A stretch of 33,296 bases of DNA, from positions 1 through 33,296 of the forward strand of contig CAJMPM010000001.1 of the NCBI GenBank assembly GCA_905215225.1, read 5' to 3'. This document shows, in pieces, positions 17,301 to 26,362 of the stretch. Below the pieces are notes generated by a model, which was not told where the DNA came from, made no database searches, and saw nothing but the letters and a program-made list of their open reading frames with translations. The position numbers were made by a program, and so were the translations under genes. The DNA is from an uncultured bacterium (GTDB lineage Bacteria; Actinomycetota; Coriobacteriia; Coriobacteriales; Coriobacteriaceae). Numbering within the stretch: position 1 is the first letter of the stretch; each line of letters starts with the position of its first letter.

Positions 17301-17947
17301 CCGATGGTCTGCCCCGTTGAGCTCACCATGCGGCGGATGCGGTCAATCTCGTCGCCGAAGAACTCGATGCGCACGGGCGCCTTCTCCTGCGCGGGAAACA
17401 CCTCGACGGTGTCGCCGTGCACGCGGAACAGACCAGGCGCGTCGGCGGCGCCGGCATTGGTGTAGCCCATGCCCACCAGGCGCTGCGGCACCTCGTCAAA
17501 AGGAATCTCCTCGCCCACCGCAAAAGTAGTGGACTCCCAGTAGCGGCTCTCGACCGGCGGCACGCAACGCAGCAGCGCGCGGGCCGAGGCAACCATGATG
17601 CAGTTGTCCCCGCGCACGATGCGCCCCAGAGCCTCGCAGCGCTGCGCCACCACGGCATCGTCGGGCGCCTGCTCGCGCCACGGATAGTCCTTGCGCTCGG
17701 GAAAACGGCACACGTGCGCTAGGCCCACGTAGGCGGCAAGGCTACGCGCGGCGCGATCGGCCGCATCCTCGCCGCTCACAATATAGACCGTCGGGCGCGG
17801 ACGGCGCGCAAACTGGGCGGCCGCCATAAGCGTGCGGCCCGACTGCGACACAGCCAGCGTCACGTCCTCGCCGGCATCGAGTCCGGCCTCGACGGTCTGC
17901 AGTGCCTCGGCAGTGTAGAGCTGCGCGGCTATACGGTGAATGAGCAT
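14315..17947 (-). CDS. mfd: Transcription-repair coupling factor
   Basis: GDYVVHATHGI (RID), MDRLLCGDVGFGKTEVA, IIDEEQRFGV, LSATPIPRT, QLKGRVGRS, RDLEIRGAG. Start ATG 17947 after GGAGGA. Confidence 0.97.
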   Translation of the reverse strand: MLIHRIAAQLYTAEALQTVEAGLDAGEDVTLAVSQSGRTLMAAAQFARRPRPTVYIVSGEDAADRAARSLAAYVGLAHVCRFPERKDYPWREQAPDDAVVAQRCEALGRIVRGDNCIMVASARALLRCVPPVESRYWESTTFAVGEEIPFDEVPQRLVGMGYTNAGAADAPGLFRVHGDTVEVFPAQEKAPVRIEFFGDEIDRIRRMVSSTGQTIGNEDSIEIFPCRELALTDEAVHNMHVALYRASQDDSKLAALLEMVDARIVTPELDRFLPVMYGQTVSPLAHVSGKALVVLSEPRSLFDDCLRAYEDIEARAGEAGIDRLDGLYVRAQQLDFGAQQRLNYVSLIRAGGAVTAELKIEQPAIAGSDNRFMTRIQEVVGKRYACVFAIPDRGARESMELTFGDEGITFEESLTAAPENAGAIGDRVRVAAADSADRAARQEAHASIRERKADALNARSLEAGAAQAAAGAAVPTISRGRVTFVDAALPQGVVVPDANLAVFSIADLNARMDANRARSRRKVDITQITFPFKPGDYVVHATHGIALFSEIARQEVGGKERDYFLLEYADGDKLYVPREQVDRITRYVGPDGDKPRLTRLNTADWTRATNKARKNAKKLAFDLVDLYTRRSSITGIACPPDTPEQIEMEESFPYDETRDQLEAIADIKADMEAPKPMDRLLCGDVGFGKTEVALRAAFKCVDSGRQVMVLCPTTILAQQHYETFFERFAPFGLEVEVLSRFRTPAQQKRALKAFAEGTIDVLIGTHRLLSADVNPKNLGLVIIDEEQRFGVQHKEQLKNLREQIDVLTLSATPIPRTMQMATSGVRNMSLITTPPTGRRPVIVHVGEYDPDVVSAAIRLEVGRGGQVYYVSNRVKTIDDAVARVHEAAPEARVGVAHGKMSPREVEDVMIEFATKKIDVLIATTIVESGIDNATANTLIIEDSQRLGLAQLYQLKGRVGRSATQAYAYFMFPGELPLTEEATARLTALSEFQDLGSGMRIAMRDLEIRGAGSLMGAEQHGNLSSVGFDLFTQMLGQAVAEARGDDDAGVEAASVGINLPADYFLSEEYLPAVDQRVLVYRKLAAAEDLESIDEVQEETEAAHGELPLAGLNLFNRARIRIRGERLGLESVTLSGGRITFLGGDVPKKVAFELKTRYGAVNFPKSRKLSVPYKAGAGAGSGLGRGLDANDGTGPVAAALMLLQQLGASDDD

Positions 17948-18104
17948 GCTGTTCCTCCGGCATTGCAACGCCAAAAGCCCGCCGGGGCAAGCTCGGCGGG
18001 TATGCGGCGGATTTCATTGCCTGTCATGGTAGCGCATGGAGAGGACTCCGGCTCAAGGGCAAACCCAGCCCCGCAAAAAACGCCAGACGAAGATGCGTTC
18101 CGCC

Positions 18105-18770
18105 CTACCCCGCTACGCGCACGCTGGGGCACAAATCCGCCAGCGGACACTCGTCACACTTGGGTTTGCGGGCGTCGCAGATCTCGCGGCCAAAGGTAAT
18201 CCACTGGTGGTTGGCCGATCCCCAATACTCGTGCGGCAAAATCTTGAGCAGATCTTGCTCGGTCTTGAGCGGCTCCTTGGCATGCGTCTTGGGACTCAGC
18301 ATCAGGCGGTGTGCAATGCGGTTGACGTGTGTATCGACCGCGATGCCTTCCACGATGCCAAACCCCACGTTGAGCACGATGTTCGCCGTTTTACGCCCCA
18401 CGCCCGGCAGCTTGACGAGCTCCTTCATGTCGGCCGGCACCTCGCCACCGTAATCGGCAACGATCATCTGCGCGGCCTCCACGGCGTGCTTGGCCTTGCT
18501 CTTATAAAAGCCGAGCGACTTAATGGTATCGGCCACATCGGCCACGCTCGCCCCCGCCATGGCCTCGGGCGTGGGCCACAGGGAAAACAGCTTCGGCGTC
18601 ACCTTGTTGACCTGCGCGTCGGTCGTCTGCGCCGAGAGAAGCACCGCGATGAGCAGCCTAAAGGGATTCTCGTGGTCCAAAAAGCACTCGACCGGGCCAT
18701 AGCGACGGTTGAGGCGCTCGCACACCTCAACGGCGCGCTCGCGTTTGGCGGCATTGGTCTCGCGTGGCAT
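18105..18770 (-). CDS. nth: Endonuclease III
   Basis: LLSAQTTD, LPGVGRKTAN, IAVDTHV, and the 4Fe-4S motif C-X6-C-X2-C-X5-C (CDARKPKCDECPLADLC). Confidence 0.96.
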   Translation of the reverse strand: MPRETNAAKRERAVEVCERLNRRYGPVECFLDHENPFRLLIAVLLSAQTTDAQVNKVTPKLFSLWPTPEAMAGASVADVADTIKSLGFYKSKAKHAVEAAQMIVADYGGEVPADMKELVKLPGVGRKTANIVLNVGFGIVEGIAVDTHVNRIAHRLMLSPKTHAKEPLKTEQDLLKILPHEYWGSANHQWITFGREICDARKPKCDECPLADLCPSVRVAG

Positions 18771-18833
18771 AACGACTCCTCGGCTCAGCGGCATAACAAA
18801 CCTATGGGCACGATTGTCCCACGTATGGGGTCT

Positions 18834-20636
18834 TTACGCCTCCAAAAATGCGCCGGTCTGGCGGCCCCACAGGCTCGCATACTCGCCGCCCGCCTCGACA
18901 AGCTGCGCATGCGTACCGTCCTCGACAATCTCGCCGTCCGCCAGCACCACGATGCGGTCGAGCGCCGCCACGGTGGACAGGCGATGCGCCACCACAATGG
19001 AGGTGCGACCGCGCATCAGGTTCTCGAGCGCCTCCTGCACCAGCGCCTCGGACTCGCTATCCAAGGCAGACGTCGCCTCGTCGAGCACCAGAATCGGCGC
19101 GTCAGTGAGAATAGCGCGGGCAATGGCCACGCGCTGGCGTTGGCCACCCGAAAGCTTAACGCCGCGCTCGCCCACCATGGTGTCAAAGCCGTTGGGCAGG
19201 CGTTCGATAAACTCAGTCGCATTAGCCAAGCGAGCCGCCTCGCGAATCTGCTCGTCGGTGGCGTCGGGGCGGCCGTAGGCGATATTCTCGCGAATGGAGC
19301 GATGGAACAGCAGCGCCTCCTGCGGCACGTAGGCAACCTGGCGGCGCAGGCTCTGCTGCGTGCAGCGCGAGACGTCCTGGCCGTCCACGAGCACGCGGCC
19401 GCCCTGTACATCGTCCAGGCGCAACAATAACTTGGCGAGCGTCGTCTTGCCCGAGCCCGATTTGCCCACCAGGCCCACGCGCTGGCCCACCGCCACATGG
19501 AGCGTCAGGTCGTCGAACACGCTCTCGCCTGCCGCGGCATCACGGTATGCAAAGCTCAGGTGCTCAAAATCAATCGCACCCTCGCCCACCTTGAGCTCGG
19601 GGGCATTCTCGTCGTCTGCCACCAGACGCGGCTCGTCCAGCACGCGCGTCATCTCGGCCGCATCGCCCAGCGCGCGGTTGATGCGTTGCATCATGGAGCT
19701 CACGTAGTTCAGACGCATGGTGAGGTTGTACGTATAGGTAAAGATCATGACGAGCGCGCCGGCAGAGATGCCAAACCACGCGTTGCCGCCCGCGACGAAC
19801 ACGCTCACCACGGCCATGGTGATGACGATAAGGCCCGAGGTCGTAAAGTTGCGCTGCATCATGGCGTGCATCGAGACCGTCTCGGCGTCGCGTGCAGCAC
19901 GGTCGGCGGCATCGAACAGGTCGCGCTCAAAGTCCTCGCGCCCACAGGTCTTAACGGCTAGGATGTTCGTGACCGCGTCGGACAGCACGCCCGACAGCTT
20001 GTTCTGCGCAGCGGACGTCGCGGCCGAAAGCGGCATGATGCGCTTGTACATAAGCCAGACAAACGCAATGTAGACGACCATGATGCCCACCAGGATCACG
20101 GTAAATGTCGGCACCACCGGGGCGAGCGCCGCCACCGTGCAGACAACCGAGGTGATAGTGGGAATGAGCGAATACACCGTTACGTCCACCAGCCCCGTAT
20201 AGCCGCTCATAAAACGACTCGTCTGGCTCACAAGCGATCCGCCAAAGCGACTGGTGTGGAATGTCATGGATTGATTGGAGAGCGTGTCGAAGCACAGGCG
20301 CGCCAGGTGGTAGTTGCCCGCAATCTCGAGCTTGTAGACGGTGTAGTCCTGCAGCTTGGAGAGGATTTGGCCCGCTAGGTTAACGAGCACGAGCGCCAGA
20401 ATGTAGGGACCAAAGACCTCGAATACTTGGTCGCCCGCCACGGGACCCGCTTGGACACGGTCGACGATGAGGGCCATCACATAGGTGTTGGCAAACGTGA
20501 GCAAAAAGATGTAGCCCGCCGACGAGAACACCGAGAGAAAGACAATCAGCGGCTGCGTGCGCGTGACGTCCCAAAAACGCTGCAGCGTGCGGCGCACGGT
20601 GGAGCGTTTGAGCGGACTGGTGTTTCTCTGAGACAT
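18834..20636 (-). CDS. ABC exporter, fused TMD-NBD half transporter
   Basis: N-terminal TM domain, Walker A GKSGSGKT, LSGGQRQR, ILVLDEATSALD, AHRLST. Confidence 0.93.
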   Translation of the reverse strand: MSQRNTSPLKRSTVRRTLQRFWDVTRTQPLIVFLSVFSSAGYIFLLTFANTYVMALIVDRVQAGPVAGDQVFEVFGPYILALVLVNLAGQILSKLQDYTVYKLEIAGNYHLARLCFDTLSNQSMTFHTSRFGGSLVSQTSRFMSGYTGLVDVTVYSLIPTITSVVCTVAALAPVVPTFTVILVGIMVVYIAFVWLMYKRIMPLSAATSAAQNKLSGVLSDAVTNILAVKTCGREDFERDLFDAADRAARDAETVSMHAMMQRNFTTSGLIVITMAVVSVFVAGGNAWFGISAGALVMIFTYTYNLTMRLNYVSSMMQRINRALGDAAEMTRVLDEPRLVADDENAPELKVGEGAIDFEHLSFAYRDAAAGESVFDDLTLHVAVGQRVGLVGKSGSGKTTLAKLLLRLDDVQGGRVLVDGQDVSRCTQQSLRRQVAYVPQEALLFHRSIRENIAYGRPDATDEQIREAARLANATEFIERLPNGFDTMVGERGVKLSGGQRQRVAIARAILTDAPILVLDEATSALDSESEALVQEALENLMRGRTSIVVAHRLSTVAALDRIVVLADGEIVEDGTHAQLVEAGGEYASLWGRQTGAFLEA

Positions 20637-20759
20637 GGGCTTCCTTTCGCGTCTGATAGGGCGAAACGCCATTGTTGCACACTAAAGTGCACTTCAGGCA
20701 AGCACGATGCGAAAAGCGCCCGCGCCGTGCTTACACCGGCGCCCCACCGTCAGATGCAG

Positions 20760-22115
20760 CTAGTCCTCGTCTTTTTGGTCTGCGAGCAGCTCCGCGGATG
20801 TGAGCCCTAAGATCTCGTCGGCCTCCCGCGCGTCTTCCAGCGCGTCGATATCCTTGAGCTTGCGCTCCATAACGTTGGTGCGCGTGGTGATGATGCCCTC
20901 GACCGTCTTTCCTGCGGTCTCGATCTGCTGTTGGGCACGGCGCAGCGCCGTCTGATAACGCGGCAGCTCGGCCTTGACGGCGGAAAGCACGCGCAGCACG
21001 TCGTCGGTACGTTTTTGCAATTTAAACGTCTGGTAGCTCATCTGCAGACTGTTGAGGATGGCCGCCATGGTGCTGGGGCCGGCAACGTTGACGTGATAGT
21101 CGCGGCCCAGGGTCTCGATAAGCCCGGGGCGGCTGACGACCTCGGCGTACAGCCCCTCAAACGGAACGAACAGAATGCCAAAATTGGTCGTCGCGGGCAC
21201 GCTCAGGTACTTTTCGCAGATGTCCTTTGCCTCACGCTTTACCATCGCATCGAGCGTCTTGCGCGCAGCCGCCACGGTCTCCGCATCGCCCGACTCCTGC
21301 GCGTCGAGCAAGTGCTCGTACGCGTCGCCCGGAAACTTGGAGTCAATCGGCAGCAGCACGGGATCGCCCTCGTCCACCGGCAGCTTGACGGCAAACTCAA
21401 CGCGCTCCGAGGCGCCGGGCTTGGTGGCGACATTTTCCAGATACTGGTCGGGCGTAAGGATGTCCGCCAGGATCGCACCCAGCTGCACCTCGCCCAAAAT
21501 GCCGCGCGCTTTTACATTGCCCAGCACGCGCTTGAGGTCGCCCACGCCGGTGGCAATGGACTGCATATCGCCCAAACCCTTGTACACAGCCTCGAGCTGG
21601 TCGCTCACCTGCTTAAACGATGCAGACAGGCGATCGTTGAGCGTGCGGGAGAGTTTCTCGTCCACCGTCGCGCGCATCTGATCGAGCTGCACGTTGTTGT
21701 CCTTGCGGATGGCGCCCAGCTGGGCATCGACCGTCTCGCGCACCTTGTCCAAGCGGTGCTCGATACCCTCGCGGTTGGCACCGAGCTGCTGGGCCGTCTC
21801 GCGGCGCAGGTCATCCATGCGGTCGCCAGCCTGCGAGAACTCACGCGCGATGGTCAGGTAGCGCTGCTGCTCTACGGCCGCATCGGTCGTCTGCTGCTGC
21901 GCGATGGCATTTGCCGTGCGGCGGGTTTCGGCCAAAGCGACGTTCAGGGTGTCGAGCGCATTGTTGGCCTGCTCGAGCGCAGCCAGCATCTCTGCCCCGC
22001 TATCGCCGCGCTCCTGCAGCTCGACGCGAAGGCCCTTGAGCTGCAGGGCACAAGCCACAGCAACCCCCACCGCCACCAAGGCGGTCACAACAAGCACGAT
22101 ATCAATAGCAGACAT
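20760..22115 (-). CDS. rmuC: DNA recombination protein RmuC
   Basis: N-terminal TM and coiled coil, KARGILGEVQL, LPIDSKFP, TTNFGILFVPFEGLYAE, GPSTMAA. Confidence 0.93.
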   Translation of the reverse strand: MSAIDIVLVVTALVAVGVAVACALQLKGLRVELQERGDSGAEMLAALEQANNALDTLNVALAETRRTANAIAQQQTTDAAVEQQRYLTIAREFSQAGDRMDDLRRETAQQLGANREGIEHRLDKVRETVDAQLGAIRKDNNVQLDQMRATVDEKLSRTLNDRLSASFKQVSDQLEAVYKGLGDMQSIATGVGDLKRVLGNVKARGILGEVQLGAILADILTPDQYLENVATKPGASERVEFAVKLPVDEGDPVLLPIDSKFPGDAYEHLLDAQESGDAETVAAARKTLDAMVKREAKDICEKYLSVPATTNFGILFVPFEGLYAEVVSRPGLIETLGRDYHVNVAGPSTMAAILNSLQMSYQTFKLQKRTDDVLRVLSAVKAELPRYQTALRRAQQQIETAGKTVEGIITTRTNVMERKLKDIDALEDAREADEILGLTSAELLADQKDED

Positions 22116-22238
22116 AGACTCCGCCCAACAAACTCAATCGATCATCAATCAAAACCGCGATCAATCTTACCCCGCCACACGCACCGGGCGTCACATGGCA
22201 ATCGGACAAATGGATTTTGGGCCACAGGTACTAAAACG

Positions 22239-22661
22239 CTAACTCTCCCAGCCGGCGCGGATGGTTGCTACGACATCGCTTAGGCGCAGGCCGAGAACCG
22301 CCAAGTGCTCAAGCACCTCGCTGGGCGAGGCGCCGTTGAGAATGCACGTGAGGGCATACGAGGCCAAGAAGATTGCCGCGAGTCCCAACGGGATCAGCAC
22401 GATCATCGCCAGCGTATGCAGGCGCTGGGCCCAGCGACGGCGACGCGCACGACGCTTGTCGAACGCAAGCTCCTGCGCATATGAATCTTGCTGTACGGAA
22501 TAGGCTCCTGGGTCCACCTCATCCGCAGACGATACCGCGGGCGCGGCGTTTTGCACAGGAGGCTGGACGGCCGCCCCTTGCATTTGCATCTCCATAAGCC
22601 GTTGCTGTTGGCGCAACATGCGCTCGGCTTTTTGCTGCGGGGTCTCAAGAAACAGATCCAT
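22239..22661 (-). CDS. Hypothetical membrane-anchored protein
   Basis: ATG after GAGGAGG. Gln-rich N-terminus, Arg-rich patch, then a hydrophobic segment. Confidence 0.7.
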   Translation of the reverse strand: MDLFLETPQQKAERMLRQQQRLMEMQMQGAAVQPPVQNAAPAVSSADEVDPGAYSVQQDSYAQELAFDKRRARRRRWAQRLHTLAMIVLIPLGLAAIFLASYALTCILNGASPSEVLEHLAVLGLRLSDVVATIRAGWES

Positions 22662-22912
22662 GTTGGCCTCCTCAATCGGAGCATTCGACGCTTACGCCCA
22701 GCATCACGCACCATCGCGGCCGCGGCAACGAAATCCGCGGCAATAGCCGCAAAGATTCTATAGTCAGAAAACTGTCGAAAAGCTCAACAACTCCCCTACC
22801 AGCACTTTCTCTGAGCTTTTTTATCGAATGATCTTTTGCCCTTCCGCCCTTACGCCAACTGACAAAAATCTAACCAAAAGCTTGACGGAAATTGTGAAGA
22901 CAGAGACCCCAC

Positions 22913-23088
22913 ACAAAAACGTGCCGCCCCAAAAGGGGCGGCACACAAACTTATTATCAGCTTTTCTGTAACGAGCATGCGACGACTCAACGCCGGAGCG
23001 CAGGGCGGGGAAACACCTTTGCCTCGCGCGACCTGCGGAGCCGTGAGCGAGAGGGAAAGGTGTTTCCCCGCCCTGTGCTCCGCAGTCG
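22913..23088 (-). repeat. ~175-bp structured intergenic element, copy 1 (long hairpin + linker + terminator)
   Basis: Terminator GTGCCGCCCC/GGGGCGGCAC with U-tract on the minus strand. Long stem at 22994-23082. Homologous to 23823-23994. Confidence 0.85.
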
Positions 23089-23100
23089 GTGAAGGCAGCT

Positions 23101-23733
23101 TTACATGCCCGCGAGACCTCGGGCGGCGGTGGCGCACATAAACGCCAAGGCTAGAATCACGAGCGAACCGGCAATGTCGGCCAACACGCCCGTAAAACGG
23201 CGCTCAATTAGCCAGCTCTCAAAGTGCGGGGCAACGTTGCGCCAAACACGCCACAGCAAGATGCCCATACCGATGACGCCCGGGATATTGAGCAGTAGGA
23301 TCTCGGAGCACAAAAGACCGATCAGGTTGCCGGCGGCAAAACCAGCGTCGCCCTCGCAGTATTTGCGATAAATCATGTACAGCATGTACGCCACAAACGG
23401 CTGCAGGCACGCAGAGATAAACGTAACTACCATCGAGGGGTCCTGGGAAAAGACATCGGTGAGCTTATCCACGCTCATGGCATCCTTAGAGGCCAGGAAC
23501 AGGCCAATGACCACCACAGGCACCACGCCCAAGATGACCTCGACCATCGTAAACAGCTTGGCGGTCAGGTCCTCACTCGCCGAATTCAAATGGGGCGCCC
23601 ACTCAGGATGAGCATGCGCGCCGACCTTCTTGTCCTTCTCGGCACGATCGGCCTTTTTGCCCTCAGGAACCCGACGACCAGGATCCTTGCGAGTCCCCGC
23701 CGCAGCCACCCGAGCCCGAGACTTCTTACCCAT
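23101..23733 (-). CDS. Hypothetical membrane protein (~4-5 TM)
   Basis: ATG 23733 after GAGGTG. Basic N-terminus, then several hydrophobic helices. Confidence 0.75.
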   Translation of the reverse strand: MGKKSRARVAAAGTRKDPGRRVPEGKKADRAEKDKKVGAHAHPEWAPHLNSASEDLTAKLFTMVEVILGVVPVVVIGLFLASKDAMSVDKLTDVFSQDPSMVVTFISACLQPFVAYMLYMIYRKYCEGDAGFAAGNLIGLLCSEILLLNIPGVIGMGILLWRVWRNVAPHFESWLIERRFTGVLADIAGSLVILALAFMCATAARGLAGM

Positions 23734-23822
23734 AAAAAACACCTCATCAGGTAGTAGATAAACTAAAAGTCGCTACCCAGTGTACCCCACCCATGAACGG
23801 TACCGTCCCAACCAGTCCCCAT

Positions 23823-23994
23823 ACAAAAACGTGCCGCCCCGATAGGGGCGGCACACAAACTTAGTTATCAGCTTTTCTGTAGCGAGCACACGACGACCCA
23901 AAGCGGGCCGGGAGGGCGGGATTACCTTCCCTCAACGCGACCCTGCGAAGCCGTGAGCGGGGAGGGAAGGCAATCCCGCCCTCCCGGACCAGCT
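23823..23994 (-). repeat. ~175-bp structured intergenic element, copy 2
   Basis: Same terminator, linker and loop (GCGACC(C)TGCG(G/A)AGCCGTGAGCG) as copy 1, with a different but still complementary stem. Confidence 0.85.
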
Positions 23995-24011
23995 CATGTC
24001 AGCGCCACGCG

Positions 24012-24551
24012 CTAGTAGTTCACCACCTGCTCCTCAAAGTACGCCTTCGGGTGGTTACAAACCGGGCACACCTCGGGCGCCTCGGCACCAACGTGCAGGT
24101 GCCCGCAGTTCAGGCACTTCCATACCTTCACGCCCTCGCGCTCAAACACCTCGCCCGACTCAATGCGCTCAACAAGCTTGTTGTAGCGCTCCTCGTGAGC
24201 CTTCTCGACAGCACCGACGCCACGGAACTTTGCGGCAATCTCGGTAAAGCCCTCCTCCTCGGCGGTCTTGGCGAACTCGTCGTACATCGTGGTCCACTCG
24301 TAGTTCTCGCCCGCAGCGGCATCACGCAAGTTGTCCAGGGTGTCGGGAACGGCGCCGTCGTGCAGATACTTAAACCACAGCTTGGCGTGCTCGGACTCGT
24401 TGCCTGCGGTCTCGGCAAAGATATTCGAGATCTGAACGTAGCCATCCTTCTTGGCCTTAGATGCGTAGTAGCGATACTTGGTGTGTGCCTGGGACTCACC
24501 GGCAAAAGCGGTCTCGAGGTTCTTCTTGGTTTGGGAATTCTCAAAATCCAT
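24012..24551 (-). CDS. rbr: Rubrerythrin
   Basis: [35 protein letters not shown], rubredoxin motifs CLNCG and CPVCNHP. Confidence 0.95.
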   Translation of the reverse strand: MDFENSQTKKNLETAFAGESQAHTKYRYYASKAKKDGYVQISNIFAETAGNESEHAKLWFKYLHDGAVPDTLDNLRDAAAGENYEWTTMYDEFAKTAEEEGFTEIAAKFRGVGAVEKAHEERYNKLVERIESGEVFEREGVKVWKCLNCGHLHVGAEAPEVCPVCNHPKAYFEEQVVNY

Positions 24552-24665
24552 AGGTGTACTTCCCTTCAACGCATGCCGCCCGTAGGCTTCGAGCGGCCTC
24601 GTCTTTAGGATGCCCTCATGCCGAAAATCTAAACCTTACAATCCTGTTCTTCAGATTTGCACAGG

Positions 24666-25571
24666 CTAGATGCTCAGCCAGCGATCGCCATCAGCTCGGC
24701 AAAAGACCTCACGCTCCAGGTCGGCTAGAATGCCCGCGATCAAGTCGCGCTCGCCCGGCCCACGCCCAGCCGCCGCTTCCATCTCGTTAACGCCCACCAC
24801 GGCATCAGCAAGCGTAATCCCCGCCGGCTGCCCATCGCGCGCCGCCAACAACATACGCACGATATGCGCGCGCTTTTGGCGGCGCGAGCCCTCAAACTTA
24901 GACTGACGGCTATAGCTCGCCGAACGCCTGGACGGATTGGGCAGCGTCTTCTTAAGATACGCGCCATAATCCAGCAGCGCGTAATACCATGCGCGCGGCG
25001 TGTCGGCATCGTCTTGAGGCGCGGCAAAGGGCGCAATCTCATCCGCCGCCGCACCGGGGGCCGCCGGACAGGCAGCTTGAATCAGCGGCACCAGCTCGCG
25101 ATCGGGAACGGCCGGCACATCGGGAAAGAAATGATGCAAAAAGACCGTGCGCACGTTGGTCTCCAGATACACGCCCGGAAGATCGAATGCAAACGAACGG
25201 ATGCCCTGCGCCGTTGCCGGGCCAATGCCGGGCAACGCGACCAGATCGTGCGTCTCACGCGGAAACTCCCCATCCCAGTCCTCCACAACGCACTGTGCGG
25301 CCCTGTGAAGCGCCAGGGCGCGGCGATTGTAGCCCATCCCCTGCCACGCATCCAAGACATCGGAAGGGGCGGCCTGAGCAAGCGCCCGGACAGTCGGAAA
25401 GCGATCGAGCCACGCCGGCATGCGCGTCTCCACGCGCGGCACCTGCGTCTGTTGCAGCATGACCTCGGAAAGCCAGATGATATACGGGTCGCGCGTGCGG
25501 CGCCACGGAAGGTCGCGATAACGCAGGACCCCTTCCGAACGAATCATCGAACGAAAGGGGTCCTGAATCAT
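24666..25571 (-). CDS. mutY: A/G-specific adenine glycosylase-like HhH-GPD protein (MutY-like, no Fe-S motif)
   Basis: RDLPWR, PY.IWLSEVMLQQTQV, WQGMGYNRRA, LPGIGPATA, LETNVR. Confidence 0.8.
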   Translation of the reverse strand: MIQDPFRSMIRSEGVLRYRDLPWRRTRDPYIIWLSEVMLQQTQVPRVETRMPAWLDRFPTVRALAQAAPSDVLDAWQGMGYNRRALALHRAAQCVVEDWDGEFPRETHDLVALPGIGPATAQGIRSFAFDLPGVYLETNVRTVFLHHFFPDVPAVPDRELVPLIQAACPAAPGAAADEIAPFAAPQDDADTPRAWYYALLDYGAYLKKTLPNPSRRSASYSRQSKFEGSRRQKRAHIVRMLLAARDGQPAGITLADAVVGVNEMEAAAGRGPGERDLIAGILADLEREVFCRADGDRWLSI

Positions 25572-25592
25572 GACAATGCTCCTTATGCGGCG

Positions 25593-26078
25593 CTATTCCT
25601 CCCGGCAAGCATACGCGCAAGCGGCGTACTCGGGAAACGCATCGCGGTCGGCGAACTTGGGATCGACAGCCGGAAACTGGCGATGGGCGACGATATCGCC
25701 GAGCGAAACGGAATCGAGATAGTCGCGCATCAGCGCCTGGGCTCCGGCCCACAGGGGATGATAGCAGCACGTGCCCATGCGTGCACAGTCGCCATCGGGC
25801 GCGGTGCAATCGTTCATAACCATAGGGCCCTGAACGGCCTCGACGACTTGGCGGATAGTGACGTCGTCCGGACTGACCTTGAGACGCATGCCACCGTGGA
25901 CGCCACGCAGGCTCTCCACAATACCGGCCTGGACCAAACCATGCTGAATCGAACGGGCAAACGAATACGGGACATTGACCTCTTCGGCAGCGGTGCGAAC
26001 AGAAAGCAAACACTCCGGATCCTCGGCAAGCATCGCCAGCATACGAAGGGCGTAATCAGTCTTCCTCGATATGTCCAT
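25593..26078 (-). CDS. Rrf2-family transcriptional regulator
   Basis: ISRKTDYALRML, AGIVESLRGVHGG, Cys cluster CTAPDGDCARMGTCC. Start ATG 26078 after AAAGGGG. Confidence 0.92.
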   Translation of the reverse strand: MDISRKTDYALRMLAMLAEDPECLLSVRTAAEEVNVPYSFARSIQHGLVQAGIVESLRGVHGGMRLKVSPDDVTIRQVVEAVQGPMVMNDCTAPDGDCARMGTCCYHPLWAGAQALMRDYLDSVSLGDIVAHRQFPAVDPKFADRDAFPEYAACAYACREE

Positions 26079-26362
26079 GTTTCCCCTTTCAAGGAATACG
26101 AACAGCTCGAACGAGCTCCGGGGCCGAGCTTGTGTCGAGACGCTGAATGACCGCCAGGACATCCAAATGGTAAATCGGATATCCACTGAGTGCCGCGCTT
26201 GGAGCGAAATGCATCAGATGCGGCGCACAGTGCAATTTAGTATAACCTAACCCCCTGTCTCGTAGAACAGGTGTTGCGCAACAAAGCTGTTGTTCAGACA
26301 GATATACTTATTAGATTTTACTTGCGTTCCCGAAGGCGCGGGGATTCTGGGCGAAGATGCAC

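Noticed and set aside
22850..23137. 95-aa ORF across the structured repeat
   Set aside because: It overlaps a terminator and long hairpin, and no equivalent ORF is listed for the second copy.
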